NCBI GenBank assembly: GCA_037129475.1
Contig: JBAXUY010000003.1
Coordinates: 8,398 to 72,397 of the forward strand
Length of the DNA stretch: 64,000 nucleotides
Source: Planctomycetia bacterium
GTDB lineage: Bacteria > Planctomycetota > Planctomycetia > Pirellulales > UBA1268
Reading direction: 5' to 3'
Both the position numbers and the translations under genes were made by a program. The notes beneath the pieces were generated by a model, which made no database searches, was not told the DNA's origin, and was given only the letters and a program-made list of their open reading frames with translations. Shown here in pieces: positions 39,449 through 49,307 of the stretch. The stretch's first letter is position 1. Each line of letters opens with the position of its first letter.

Positions 39449-39476
39449 ACCCCCTTCGGCCAGACCGCCCTGCCAA

Positions 39477-40529
39477 TCAGCGACGCCCGACCGTCGAAGG
39501 CCGCACGACGAGTTCGGCCGACTCAACGAGGCTTTTTTTCGGCCGCAACTTCGGGTTAAGAATCGCTTCGATCAAGAGTTGGGCTGCAGCACGACCGATC
39601 TCGCGGACGGGCTCACGAATAGCCGTCAACTGCGCCGATTCCTCGACCGTCTCGATCGTGTCGCCGAGGCAGGCCACCCGCACATCTTCCGGCACCCGAA
39701 CACCACTCGCCCTCAGTGCGTGGAGCATTCGCAGTCCGCAGTTGTCGTTGAGCGCCACGATGGCGTCTGGCCTGCTGCGAAGCTTGGAAAACCTTGCGCC
39801 CCAGCCGGGGTCCACCGGATCACTGACCTCGGCCCAAGTCTCCCACTTCGGGTTGTGATCAAGGCCCAGTTCGCGCAACGTTTTCCGAAAAGCAACATAC
39901 CGCATCGACGTGTATTTGAAGAATCTCTCGCCGACGAATCCAATGCGCGTGCAGCCGAGCCCGGTCAGGTGGTCAAGGAGTCGGCGCATGGCTGGTTGCG
40001 GATCCCAGCCTGCGGCGAATGCCTTCGGCATGTCAAACGGCACGTCGCCGAAGAAAACGAGCGGGATCCTCTGGCGGATAATCGACGTGTAGCAGTCTTT
40101 GCGGCTTGTGAGCTGGGGCATGGCGATGACGCCATCGACCCGCATCCGCATCAGCGTTTCGATCTCTTGGCGTTCGCGATCCTCGTTCCACGAGTGCACG
40201 GTCAGGAAGGGGAGATAACCGTGCCCGTCCAACACTTCGCGGGTGCCCTCGATCGCATATTGGCCAAACTTGCCCCAGACGCCGCCGAGCACGACGCCGA
40301 CGACATGGGTGCGGCCGGTGATCATGCCGCGGGCCAGATGGTTGGGAATGTAGCCCAGTCGTTTGGCGACGGCCTGCACGCGACTGATTGTTTTGGACGA
40401 TATGCGCAGTTCGGGAGCCCGGCCACTGATAACGAAGGCGGCCGTGGCCCGGGCAACGCCAGCCTCTTCCGCCACCTGCTTGATGGTGACGCGACGCGGG
40501 CGGGTGATCGAGGTGGAATGCATAGTCAT
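39477..40529 (-). CDS. LacI family transcriptional regulator
   Basis: VTIKQVAEEAGVARATAAFVISG...ISSKTISRVQAVAKRLGYIPNHLARGM (HTH) plus a periplasmic-binding-like core. Start Met at 40529 or 40523. Confidence 0.85.
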   Translation of the reverse strand: MTMHSTSITRPRRVTIKQVAEEAGVARATAAFVISGRAPELRISSKTISRVQAVAKRLGYIPNHLARGMITGRTHVVGVVLGGVWGKFGQYAIEGTREVLDGHGYLPFLTVHSWNEDRERQEIETLMRMRVDGVIAMPQLTSRKDCYTSIIRQRIPLVFFGDVPFDMPKAFAAGWDPQPAMRRLLDHLTGLGCTRIGFVGERFFKYTSMRYVAFRKTLRELGLDHNPKWETWAEVSDPVDPGWGARFSKLRSRPDAIVALNDNCGLRMLHALRASGVRVPEDVRVACLGDTIETVEESAQLTAIREPVREIGRAAAQLLIEAILNPKLRPKKSLVESAELVVRPSTVGRR

Positions 40530-40563
40530 GAGTGGATCGTGTCGGTGGTCGGTCGAACGCACG

Positions 40564-41196
40564 TCATTCAGTCGTGATCCGGAAGTTCCGCAGCTTTACC
40601 GGCAGGGCGTGATCCTGAAAGCCGATTGCCCCGGTCTTGGGCCGCTGCTTCAAGGGGCCGGCGTCGAGGTCAACTTCGTTGACGACCTCGCCATTCAAGG
40701 AAACGGTCAACAGGTCACCCTTCACCGCAACCTGCATCGCATTCCACTCGCCAGCAGGCTTGGCTGCGTTCACCTGCGGCGGGATTCCCGGAATGACTCC
40801 CCCTGCGTCGTGATCGGTAAGCTTTGCATCCTTGGGTTTCGAGCCTGAATCGTAGAGCTGCACTTCGATGCCCGACTGCACCGGATTCTTGCGGTCGCCG
40901 ACATGGAAATAAAATCCGCTGTTACCGCCTTTTTGGAATTGATACTCGAACGTGGCAGTGAAGTCGCGGCGGTCCTCGCCGTTGAGCCAGAGGTACATGT
41001 CGTAGCGGGTCCAGCCGGCCTCCCCCTTCCGGGGCTCGAGCGATGCAACGTCGTCGGTCTCGAGCCTCCAGTTGCCCTTCGTCGTCCAGTGTTTTGCGAG
41101 GTCTCCTCCGGCGAGCAGATCGGGAGCCTCTGCGTTGGTGTTGCCGAAGCAGGCCATCATGAGGAAAACAAGGGGCAGAGCGGATCGAAACAGCAT
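40564..41196 (-). CDS. DUF1080 (3-keto-disaccharide hydrolase-like) secreted protein
   Basis: Signal peptide MLFRSALPLVFLMMACFG. ...NSGFYFHV...IEVQLYDS...GAIGFQDHALPVKLRNFRI is the typical DUF1080 pattern. Confidence 0.78.
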   Translation of the reverse strand: MLFRSALPLVFLMMACFGNTNAEAPDLLAGGDLAKHWTTKGNWRLETDDVASLEPRKGEAGWTRYDMYLWLNGEDRRDFTATFEYQFQKGGNSGFYFHVGDRKNPVQSGIEVQLYDSGSKPKDAKLTDHDAGGVIPGIPPQVNAAKPAGEWNAMQVAVKGDLLTVSLNGEVVNEVDLDAGPLKQRPKTGAIGFQDHALPVKLRNFRITTE

Positions 41197-41262
41197 TGTG
41201 GGTGTTTCCTCAGGAAGGGAGTTCGAGTCGGCACGCCTCAAGAGGGCGCATTGGCAGACCGG

Positions 41263-41790
41263 TCACGGTGCATCATTGGTCGTTAAATCGAACACGAGAT
41301 CTCTCGTTGGGCCAGCGATCGACGCCGAAAGGCCGCTCGAGTCTGGTGAGCTATACCGCTTCGGAACGATATACCTCTCGATCGTCGGGACGGCGGTCAT
41401 CACCTCGACCGTCACCCCGGTCTTGCCCTCTTCGGGGGATCCGAGCGGAAACTGAGCCGGGCGGCCAGTCGACCAAACTGCAAGCAGGGCCACCACGGCG
41501 TAGTCGCCGGGCGGCAGGCCAGGCTTCATACCTGCCTCGCGCATCAAGAACCGGCCATCGGCATCGGTCTCACCAAGCCCTGGGCGGCCCTTTCCGCGCG
41601 GAATGAACGTGACGCTGGCCCCGGCAACCGGCTTGCCGTCGAGCGTGATCACGCCTTCGACGGGCACGCGTCCATGCCACTCGCCGCAACCGACGGTCAA
41701 GACAAAAACGGGCGCGACCACGGCCAACGCGCGCACTACACTCCGCGGCAGTTCGGCAGTCCAATCAGTGTGTCGCGTCGTCAAATGCAC
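41263..41790 (-). CDS. Hypothetical lipoprotein with carboxypeptidase-regulatory-like (Ig-like) domain
   Basis: Lipobox LTVGC. GVITLDGKPVAGASVTFIP...TDADGRF pattern. Confidence 0.55.
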   Translation of the reverse strand: MHLTTRHTDWTAELPRSVVRALAVVAPVFVLTVGCGEWHGRVPVEGVITLDGKPVAGASVTFIPRGKGRPGLGETDADGRFLMREAGMKPGLPPGDYAVVALLAVWSTGRPAQFPLGSPEEGKTGVTVEVMTAVPTIERYIVPKRYSSPDSSGLSASIAGPTRDLVFDLTTNDAP

Positions 41791-41812
41791 CCGTCTCCCC
41801 GATTCCGCCGGC

Positions 41813-43297
41813 TCAGCTGAGCACTGGCTGGATGACGTGTCCGTGAACGTCCGTCAGTCGCCGCTCGATGCCGTTGTTGTAAAACGAGAGCCGGGTGTGG
41901 TCGAGCCCGAGCAGGTGGAGGATCGTGGCATGGAGATCGTAGATGGTGGCCACGTTTTCCACTGCCTTGTAGCCGAATTCGTCGGTCGCCCCGTACGAAA
42001 ACGCGCGCTTCACGCCGGCGCCGGCCAGCCACACAGTGAAACCCGACGGATTGTGGTCGCGACCGCTGGCATTCTTTTGGAATGTCGGCATCCGCCCAAA
42101 CTCGGTCACGAATGCCACGAGTGTGTCGGCGAGCAAGCCACGGTCCTTCAGATCGCGGAGCAGCCCCGCGACCGGTTGGTCGAGGATCGGCCCGTGCACG
42201 CCGTATTGCTTCACGAGCGTCTTGTGGCCGTCCCAATTGCCGACGCCCTCGCCCATCGCGTAGGCGCCGTTGAAGAGCTGCACGAACCGTACGCCCTTTT
42301 CGACCAGCCGACGGGCGAGGATGCAGTTCCGGGCAAATCGAGCCTTGACCGAATTCTGCGTGTCGTCGGCGCCGTAGAGTTTGAGCGTCTCGGCCGATTC
42401 GTCGCCAAGGTCGGAAATTCTGGCGGCTGAAAGCTGCATCTTCGCCGCCAATTCATACGCGCTGATCCGCGCCGCGAGATCCGAATCGCCCGGATGGCGG
42501 GAAAGGTGCTCATCGTTGAGCATCTTGATGAAATCGCGGCTGGCGAGGTCGGCCTCCTCGGAGATGGCGGCTGGCCGAAACAGGTTGGGGATCGGCTTGT
42601 CGGCGTTGAAAGGCGTGCCCTGGAACACGGCCGGCAGAAACGCCGATTGCCACTGCCGCGGGCCGATCTGCGGGCCGCCGCGAGGGTCTGGAATCGCCAC
42701 GAAGGCGGGCAGATCGTCACAGTCACTTCCCAGTGCGTACGTCACCCAGGCGCCCACGCTCGGGAAGCCATCGAGCGTGAAGCCTGTCGCCATCTGGTTT
42801 TCGGCGGGACCGTGGGTGTTGCTCTTGGCCGTCATCGAATGAATGAAGCACATCTCGTCGGCCATCTCGCCGAGCAAAGGCAGGAGGTCGCTCGTCATTT
42901 TGCCGCTCTGGCCACGCGGCTTGAACTCCCACTGCGGCTTGATCAGGTTTCCCTGCTCACCCTGAAACGTGATCAGCTTTTCGCCGCCAGCGACTGGCAT
43001 CGGGGTGTCGTGACGCTTGACGAGCTCCGGCTTGTAGTCGAACGAATCGACGTGGGAGAGCGCGCCCGAGCAGAAAATCATCAGTACGTTTTTCGCCTTG
43101 GGCGCGAAGTGCGGCTTCCTCGCGGCGTAGGGCCGCGCCGGATCGATGAGCGGGCGAATCGGCGGATCGGCACCGAGCAGCCTCTGCTGGTGAAGGATCG
43201 CCGCCAAGGCGATGCCGCCGAGGCCGGTGCCGCCGAATTGGAGGAATCCACGGCGATCCAGCATCCTCCGGCCAGCATGGGAAAGGTCGTGTCGCAT
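41813..43297 (-). CDS. DUF1501 domain protein (sulfatase-fold, Tat signal)
   Basis: [33 protein letters not shown], ...[18 protein letters not shown]..., ...TEFGRMP...[19 protein letters not shown]. Confidence 0.9.
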   Translation of the reverse strand: MRHDLSHAGRRMLDRRGFLQFGGTGLGGIALAAILHQQRLLGADPPIRPLIDPARPYAARKPHFAPKAKNVLMIFCSGALSHVDSFDYKPELVKRHDTPMPVAGGEKLITFQGEQGNLIKPQWEFKPRGQSGKMTSDLLPLLGEMADEMCFIHSMTAKSNTHGPAENQMATGFTLDGFPSVGAWVTYALGSDCDDLPAFVAIPDPRGGPQIGPRQWQSAFLPAVFQGTPFNADKPIPNLFRPAAISEEADLASRDFIKMLNDEHLSRHPGDSDLAARISAYELAAKMQLSAARISDLGDESAETLKLYGADDTQNSVKARFARNCILARRLVEKGVRFVQLFNGAYAMGEGVGNWDGHKTLVKQYGVHGPILDQPVAGLLRDLKDRGLLADTLVAFVTEFGRMPTFQKNASGRDHNPSGFTVWLAGAGVKRAFSYGATDEFGYKAVENVATIYDLHATILHLLGLDHTRLSFYNNGIERRLTDVHGHVIQPVLS

Positions 43298-43314
43298 GGA
43301 TGCGATGCTCCGAT

Positions 43315-46194
43315 TCAATAGACCGTGATGAATTCGCTGGCATTGAAGAGGCTGCGACACAGCATCGGGAGACCGTGCCGGTCGACGAGCTGCCGCCCCG
43401 CGGCCTGTTCGGCGGGCGTCGCATCTCGGCCGAAAGCCAGGAGCACCGCCCGGCCAACCTGCTTTGCAGAGTCCTCACCAACCTCCCGCCTCACCCGCTC
43501 TGCGAACCGCATGGCCTGGTCGAGGAGAAACTCCCCGTTGAGCATATTGAGCGCCTGAAGCGGCGTGGTGCTGACCGTCCGCTTGGGCTGCACCTGCCCC
43601 GCATCGGGGCAGTCGAACGCCCCGAAGAAGGAATCCAGTTCAGCTCGGGGCTTGCTCTGGTAGACCATGCGGCGAAAGTCGTCCTGCGAGAAGGTCGTCT
43701 TCGTGACGTAGACCTTCACATAGTTGCCGTTGGGCTCGAAGAGGTCGAAACCCGGCCCGCCTGTCTTCGGATCGAGGCTGCCGCTCACGGCCAGGATCGA
43801 GTCGCGAAGCGGCTCGGCCTCGAGCCGCCGAGGCGGATAACGCCAGAGAAGGCGGCTGTCTGAATCCACGGCCAGACTTTCGGGCCGGGCTGCGCTCGAC
43901 TGCCGGTACGTGCGGCTCGTGACGATCAGCCGGTGCACGGCCTTGAGCCTCCAGCCACCGTCGATCAACTCACTCGCGAGCCAATCGAGGAGTTCCGGGT
44001 GGCTGGGCCTGCCGCCGTTGACGCCGAGGTCGCTGGGGGTATCGACGAAGCCGTTACCGAAATGGTAGTGCCAGAGACGATTCACGATCACCCGCGCAGT
44101 GAGCGGATTGTCATTCGCCGCGATCCAGTCGGCGAGCCTGGCACGACGATCCTTTTCAGGCGCCTCAAAATCGAGCTGCCACGGCGCGCCGAACTTCGTC
44201 AGCCCGCCGGGCGGCACCTCCTCGCGTGGCGCCATTGGATCACCCCGAAAAAAGCGATGGGTTTTTGGAGGCTTTGCGTTGAATATGCCCACATACGCTT
44301 TGGGCGCTTCCTTGATCGCGGCCAGCCGCTTCTCGGCATCGCTTACAGACGCGACGAGGCTTTCGGCCTCGGCGCGTTCGTTGGGGGAGAGATCGGCGGC
44401 CATTTTGAGGGCCGGCGCCTCGCTGCCGTACGGAATGCGATCGGCATCGCTGGCCACGACCGTCCACTTTTCAGCATCCTCCGAAACGGCCACCTCGTAT
44501 TTCGTGGGCACCCGATCGGAGTAGGTCGCGGCTGGACTCCGATCCCGGCTCCAGGTGACCCGAGCCACGTCCCGCAGCTCTTTGAGTTCGAGCTGCACCC
44601 ATCCTTTGCCGGCCTCGTCGGAAATCCACGATCTCCCGTTGCCATACAGCCCGTCGTTGACGTGCGCGAGCTTATGGAAGGGGTTGCCCTCCTTCTGAAA
44701 GACGCCCGACGCCGTCGGTTTCGCGCCTTTGGCCACGTTGCTTCCATCCGTGGCGAAGACATCGATCTCGTCGATGCACGGTTCGCCTCCGGTCGTCGCC
44801 TTGACCGTGAACCGGACGAACCTGGCGGTCACCGCCGGGAATGACTCCACGTTTTCACGCGCCGAGACCTGTGGACGATGGATGACAATCTTGCCCGCCG
44901 ACTGGAGTTCGACGAGCCGCCCACGATCGCTGTTCAACTCCTGCTCGAGGGCGGCAATCTTCTGCCGACGTTCCTGCTCGTGCGCAGCGGAGAGATACGG
45001 ACGCTCGCCGTGCAGGACTCCCTCGAAAACGGCCTTGAGCCGGTAGTAGTCGGCCTGAGGCAGTGGGTCAAACTTGTGGTCGTGGCACCGCGCGCAGCCG
45101 ACCGTAAGACCCAGAAATGTTGAACCGACGGTGCTCACCATGTCATGGAGTTCGTCGGCACGCTGGTTCGCGGTCAGAACGGGGTCGGGTGATCCGACCC
45201 GGTCTTTCGGTCCGCCCACCAAGAATCCGGTAGCCGGATGCACGCCGAGCGTGTCGCCGGCCAGTTGCTCGCGAATGAACTGGTCGTAGGGCTTGTCGGA
45301 ATTAAACGAATCGATCACCCAATCACGATAGGGCCAGGCGTTCGTTCGGGCCTTGTTCATTTCGAAGCCGTCGCTCTCCGCGAACCTCACGACGTCGAGC
45401 CAATGCCGCGCCCAGCGCTCGCCGTAGTGGGGGGACGCCAGAAGCCGGTTCACCAGGTCCTGGTAAGCTGCTTCCCCACCGCCCGGCGAACGGCATGCGG
45501 TCTCAAAGGCAGCGATCTCCTCCGGCGTGGGTGGCAGACCGATGAGGTCGAACGACACCCTGCGGATCAGCGTGCGCGGATCGGCTTCGGGATTGAATAC
45601 CAGCTTGCTCGCGGCGAGCTTCGCCGCTATGAACGCGTCGACAGGGTTGGAGGCCTGCATCTCATCGTCGGAGCGCGGTACCTCCGGCCGCCTGATTGGC
45701 TGAAACGCCCAGTGACCGGAACCTTTTTCGACTTTCGCGGATGCCGCGGGCAGCATGGACGCCGGCAGCGTTGCCACGTCGTCAGGCCAGACCGCGCCCG
45801 CCTCGATCCATTCCCGGACGAGCCGCTGCTCGTTGGCCGAGAGAGGCGGGCCTTCCGCCGGCATCCGCATCTCCTTGTCATCAGTACTGATCCGCACGAA
45901 GAGTTCGCTCTCCACCGGATTTCCGACCACGATGCCCGCCGTGCCGGAGTCACCCCCCTTCATCGCCTGCTCGCGCCGATCGATCCGAAACCCGCTTTCG
46001 GCCGACTCCGGGCCATGGCAGGCCGCACACTTCGCCGCGAGCAGCGGCGCGATGGCGTCTCGGAATTGGTTGTCCGCGTCGCCCTGAATCGCCTCAGCCC
46101 GAGCGTTCAAGCGACCGGAGAACACAGGGCAGACGACGAGCAGCATCGCCCCACTCGCCACCGCGGCGTTCATCACGCGTTGCAAACCCGCCAT
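43315..46194 (-). CDS. PSCyt1 (planctomycete cytochrome c) / DUF1549 / discoidin-like / DUF1553 protein
   Basis: [18 protein letters not shown] heme motif, DUF1549 region ([11 protein letters not shown]...), F5/8-type-C-like insert ([22 protein letters not shown]), DUF1553 ([11 protein letters not shown]...). Start Met uncertain (46194 or 46221). Confidence 0.85.
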   Translation of the reverse strand: MAGLQRVMNAAVASGAMLLVVCPVFSGRLNARAEAIQGDADNQFRDAIAPLLAAKCAACHGPESAESGFRIDRREQAMKGGDSGTAGIVVGNPVESELFVRISTDDKEMRMPAEGPPLSANEQRLVREWIEAGAVWPDDVATLPASMLPAASAKVEKGSGHWAFQPIRRPEVPRSDDEMQASNPVDAFIAAKLAASKLVFNPEADPRTLIRRVSFDLIGLPPTPEEIAAFETACRSPGGGEAAYQDLVNRLLASPHYGERWARHWLDVVRFAESDGFEMNKARTNAWPYRDWVIDSFNSDKPYDQFIREQLAGDTLGVHPATGFLVGGPKDRVGSPDPVLTANQRADELHDMVSTVGSTFLGLTVGCARCHDHKFDPLPQADYYRLKAVFEGVLHGERPYLSAAHEQERRQKIAALEQELNSDRGRLVELQSAGKIVIHRPQVSARENVESFPAVTARFVRFTVKATTGGEPCIDEIDVFATDGSNVAKGAKPTASGVFQKEGNPFHKLAHVNDGLYGNGRSWISDEAGKGWVQLELKELRDVARVTWSRDRSPAATYSDRVPTKYEVAVSEDAEKWTVVASDADRIPYGSEAPALKMAADLSPNERAEAESLVASVSDAEKRLAAIKEAPKAYVGIFNAKPPKTHRFFRGDPMAPREEVPPGGLTKFGAPWQLDFEAPEKDRRARLADWIAANDNPLTARVIVNRLWHYHFGNGFVDTPSDLGVNGGRPSHPELLDWLASELIDGGWRLKAVHRLIVTSRTYRQSSAARPESLAVDSDSRLLWRYPPRRLEAEPLRDSILAVSGSLDPKTGGPGFDLFEPNGNYVKVYVTKTTFSQDDFRRMVYQSKPRAELDSFFGAFDCPDAGQVQPKRTVSTTPLQALNMLNGEFLLDQAMRFAERVRREVGEDSAKQVGRAVLLAFGRDATPAEQAAGRQLVDRHGLPMLCRSLFNASEFITVY

Positions 46195-46446
46195 GGGAGA
46201 ACCTTGTCGTCCGTGGTACATGTCGGACTTTTTGATTGTATCGTCCCCCGACTCCGCCGGTCCCATGGCATCCGCAGGAAAACTGTTACGTTTTTGCGAC
46301 CCATCCTCGCCGGCCCGTCGCGGATTCTGCATGCTTTACCGCTCCCGAGACTAGCATGGATTAGCTACCATGCACTATCGATCTCGTAGCGCGACGTCCC
46401 GGTGCCGTCTGAAGTCGTCGCCATTCATCGCCGGGAGCACGTGCGC

Positions 46447-47727
46447 ATGCATCTGGATCGACGTCGATTTCTGAGGGGCGCTGGATCGATCATCGCCCTT
46501 CCGGCGCTCGGATCGTTCGGCTTCCGTCGGTTCGCGGCAGCGGCGGCGGCGAGCGTGCGGCCCAAGCGCATGATCTTCATCGGATTTGGCTGGGGGATCA
46601 CGGAGGAGACATGGCTTCCCGACAAGACACAGACGGGCGTTGACTGGGCGCTGCCCGATGGCCTCCAGCCACTCGCGAGGCATCGCAACCAGATCACGAT
46701 CGTCCAAAACACCTTCCATCAGCACTCGACCGACCCGCATGCGTGCAGCACGTTCTGGCTTACGGGGGCGAACAAGTTCGGAGTGCCAGGCAAAAGCTTC
46801 TCCAACACGATTTCGGTCGACCAGGTGGCGGCGGAACAGTTTGGCAGGGACACAAGGCTGACGTCGCTGACCCTGAGCGGCCCAGCCGACAGCCACGGCC
46901 CTGGCCTCTCGCTCGCCTGGAATCGACAGGGAAAGCCGGTGGCCGGCCTCGAAAACCCTGTGGTCGCCTTTCACAGGCTTTTTTCGGATGAAGCAACGTC
47001 GCTGGAGAAGCGCCAGGCGGATCTCAAAAACCAGCGGAGTGTGCTCGACGTAGTCCTCGAGGATGCCCGTGATCTTGAGCGCGGCCTGAGCCGCGATGAC
47101 GTGGACAAGCTGCGTGAGTATTTCGAGTCGATCCGCGACATCGAGACCCGCCTCGCCAAGGAGGAGCAGTGGCTCGCCGTTCCCAAGGCCAAGCCAGCCG
47201 AGGCGATGCCTGAACCAGGCAACAGCATGAAGGGCGACCGGCAGGTCGGCGTGATGTATGACCTCATGGTCGCGGCCCTGCAGACCGAAGCGACCCGGGT
47301 GGCGACCTACCGACAGCCAGCGCAGCTCTTCATCGACGGCCTGGGCATCCCTTTCAATGGGCACAATCTCAGTCACTATACGCCCGGGCCGCGCATGGAG
47401 GCGAGCCAGGTCCGCGACCGCGGCATGTCGACCGTGCTCGCACACTTGATCGACCGGCTCAAGGCGGTCAAGGAGCCCGATGGTTCGAGCCTGTTCGACC
47501 ACACGAGCGTGGTTTTCGGTTCGAACGTCCGCAGCCAGCATTACCTGGAGAACTGCCCCACACTGCTCACCGGCGGCGGCGCTGGGATCAAACTCGGCCA
47601 CCACGTCGTTTTGGCCGATCCGAAGACACCCCTGTGCAACGTATTCCTCACGTTGCTCAAAGGAGTCGGCATCGAAACCCCTTCGTTCGGTGACTCCACG
47701 GGAATCATCGACGAATTGATGGCGTGA
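46447..47727 (+). CDS. DUF1552 domain protein (Tat-type signal)
   Basis: MHLDRRRFLRGAGSIIALPALGSF, ...QRSVLDVVLEDARDLERGLSRDDVDKLREYFESIRDIETRL... is the typical DUF1552 pattern. Confidence 0.8.
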   Translation: MHLDRRRFLRGAGSIIALPALGSFGFRRFAAAAAASVRPKRMIFIGFGWGITEETWLPDKTQTGVDWALPDGLQPLARHRNQITIVQNTFHQHSTDPHACSTFWLTGANKFGVPGKSFSNTISVDQVAAEQFGRDTRLTSLTLSGPADSHGPGLSLAWNRQGKPVAGLENPVVAFHRLFSDEATSLEKRQADLKNQRSVLDVVLEDARDLERGLSRDDVDKLREYFESIRDIETRLAKEEQWLAVPKAKPAEAMPEPGNSMKGDRQVGVMYDLMVAALQTEATRVATYRQPAQLFIDGLGIPFNGHNLSHYTPGPRMEASQVRDRGMSTVLAHLIDRLKAVKEPDGSSLFDHTSVVFGSNVRSQHYLENCPTLLTGGGAGIKLGHHVVLADPKTPLCNVFLTLLKGVGIETPSFGDSTGIIDELMA

Positions 47728-47755
47728 GCCGCAGGCCGTTGACTGAAGGCGACTG

Positions 47756-47770
47756 TATTTTATATTTATT
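47756..47770 (+). promoter_or_regulatory. 100% A/T box TATTTTATATTTATT upstream of the SDR operon
   Basis: Read directly. It lies ~100 nt upstream of the ATG at 47872 and shares the ATTTTATAT core with the boxes at 52686 (complement) and 63558. Confidence 0.3.
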
Positions 47771-47871
47771 CTCCCATGCCTTTCGGCAGCCATCGTGGCA
47801 GCTTGTTCGGGAGGCGCCTCTCCGTGGTCGATGGGGTTGAAGATCGAGAGGCTTTTGCGGAAGGACAGTCC

Positions 47872-48654
47872 ATGAAACTCGGGAACAAGGTCGCCATCGT
47901 CACCGGCGGGGCCTCCGGTATCGGCAAAGGGATCTGCCTGGCATTCGCCAAGGAAGGGGCGAAGGTCTGTGTGGTCGATGTGGATGCAGATCGCGGTGCA
48001 AAAGTCGTCGACCACCTCAAGACCGCCGGCGCGGCGGCTTGTTTCGTCAGGGCCGACGTGGGCGAAGAGCCGGATGTCGTTCGCTATGTGGCCGACACGG
48101 TGGCGACGTTCGGCCGCGTGGACATCATGGTGAACAACGCTGCCGTCATCCAGCAAGCGAAGGTCGTCGACTTGGATGTGGCGGAGTGGGATCGCATCCT
48201 CAAGAACAATCTGCGGAGTGTGTTCCTGGGTAGCAAGTATGCCGCCCGACAGATGATCAAGCAGGGCGGGGGAGGGCGGATCATCAACATTTCCTCGATC
48301 CACGCCGAGCTCTCGGAACCCCAGGCGGCTGCCTACACGGCCTCGAAGGGGGGCATCAATGCGTTCACTCGCACCCTGGCGACGGAACTCGCGCCCCACA
48401 AGATCACGGCCAACGTGCTCCAGCCGGGGGCCACGTTCACGGAACTCACCGTTCCGATGTACACGCCCGCCGTCAAGAAGGCGCTGTTCGAGCGAGTTCC
48501 GCTGAAGGCGATCGCCAACGTCGAAGACATCGCCTGCGGCGTCGTCTTCATGGCCTCCGACGAGGCGTGGTACATGACCGGCTCGACCATGACGATCGAC
48601 GGCGGCTATGTGATGGACGGCTCGCTCCCGGGAGCCGCCTATTGGACGGAGTAG
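47872..48654 (+). CDS. SDR family oxidoreductase
   Basis: MKLGNKVAIVTGGASGIGKG (TGxxxGxG), NNAAV, SSIHAE...YTASKGG (YxxxK). Confidence 0.87.
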   Translation: MKLGNKVAIVTGGASGIGKGICLAFAKEGAKVCVVDVDADRGAKVVDHLKTAGAAACFVRADVGEEPDVVRYVADTVATFGRVDIMVNNAAVIQQAKVVDLDVAEWDRILKNNLRSVFLGSKYAARQMIKQGGGGRIINISSIHAELSEPQAAAYTASKGGINAFTRTLATELAPHKITANVLQPGATFTELTVPMYTPAVKKALFERVPLKAIANVEDIACGVVFMASDEAWYMTGSTMTIDGGYVMDGSLPGAAYWTE

Positions 48655-48657
48655 GCA

Positions 48658-49302
48658 ATGGCTCGCTACATCGACATCAGTGTGCCGACGAGCGCGGCGA
48701 CCACCGTATTTCCGGGTGATTCCCGCCCTGAGTTCCACTGGCCAGGCTGGACGCATGAGCGTGGTGATCCGGCCAACGTCGGCTTCTACCGCGGAGGCCT
48801 TCATCACGGCACCCATGTCGATGCGCCGTGGCACTTCATTCCCGGAGGCAGACGGATTGACGAGATGCCCCTTGCGCACTGGCTCGGCGACTGCGAGGTC
48901 GTCGACCTGACCCACGTCGAGGCGTGCATCGATGCCGACGACCTCGAACAAGCCGAACTGCCAGAGGATGCCCGACGGCTTCTTTTCAAGACTCGCAACG
49001 GCCAGTCCGACTATTGGCATGAGCCCTGGAATCCCGACTTTATCTACATCGACAAGACCGCCGCCGCATGGTGCACCGCCCGCAGCATCCTCACGGTGGG
49101 CCTCGACTACCTCACCGTCGATCCGCCGACCGAGCCCGGCTTTCCGGCGCACATGGAACTGCTCGGCAAGGAAACCCTGATCATCGAAAATATCTGCCTT
49201 CGGGACGTGCCCGCCGGCCGATACGAGCTGCTCGCAGCTCCCGTGAAGTTGAGCGGGGTTGACGGAGCCTGGTGCCGCGCGCTGTTGCGAACGGAGCGCT
49301 GA
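48658..49302 (+). CDS. Cyclase family protein (kynurenine-formamidase fold hydrolase)
   Basis: DISVP...FPGD...HHGTHVDAPWHF...ENICL pattern. Confidence 0.78.
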   Translation: MARYIDISVPTSAATTVFPGDSRPEFHWPGWTHERGDPANVGFYRGGLHHGTHVDAPWHFIPGGRRIDEMPLAHWLGDCEVVDLTHVEACIDADDLEQAELPEDARRLLFKTRNGQSDYWHEPWNPDFIYIDKTAAAWCTARSILTVGLDYLTVDPPTEPGFPAHMELLGKETLIIENICLRDVPAGRYELLAAPVKLSGVDGAWCRALLRTER

Positions 49303-49307
49303 TCGCG

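Noticed and set aside
39239-39526. N-terminal extension of the methyltransferase ORF up to 39526.
   Set aside because: It overlaps the LacI gene 3' end and is antisense to the isomerase/xylR remnant, whose reading frame and third-position divergence pattern mark the + strand as the formerly coding one.
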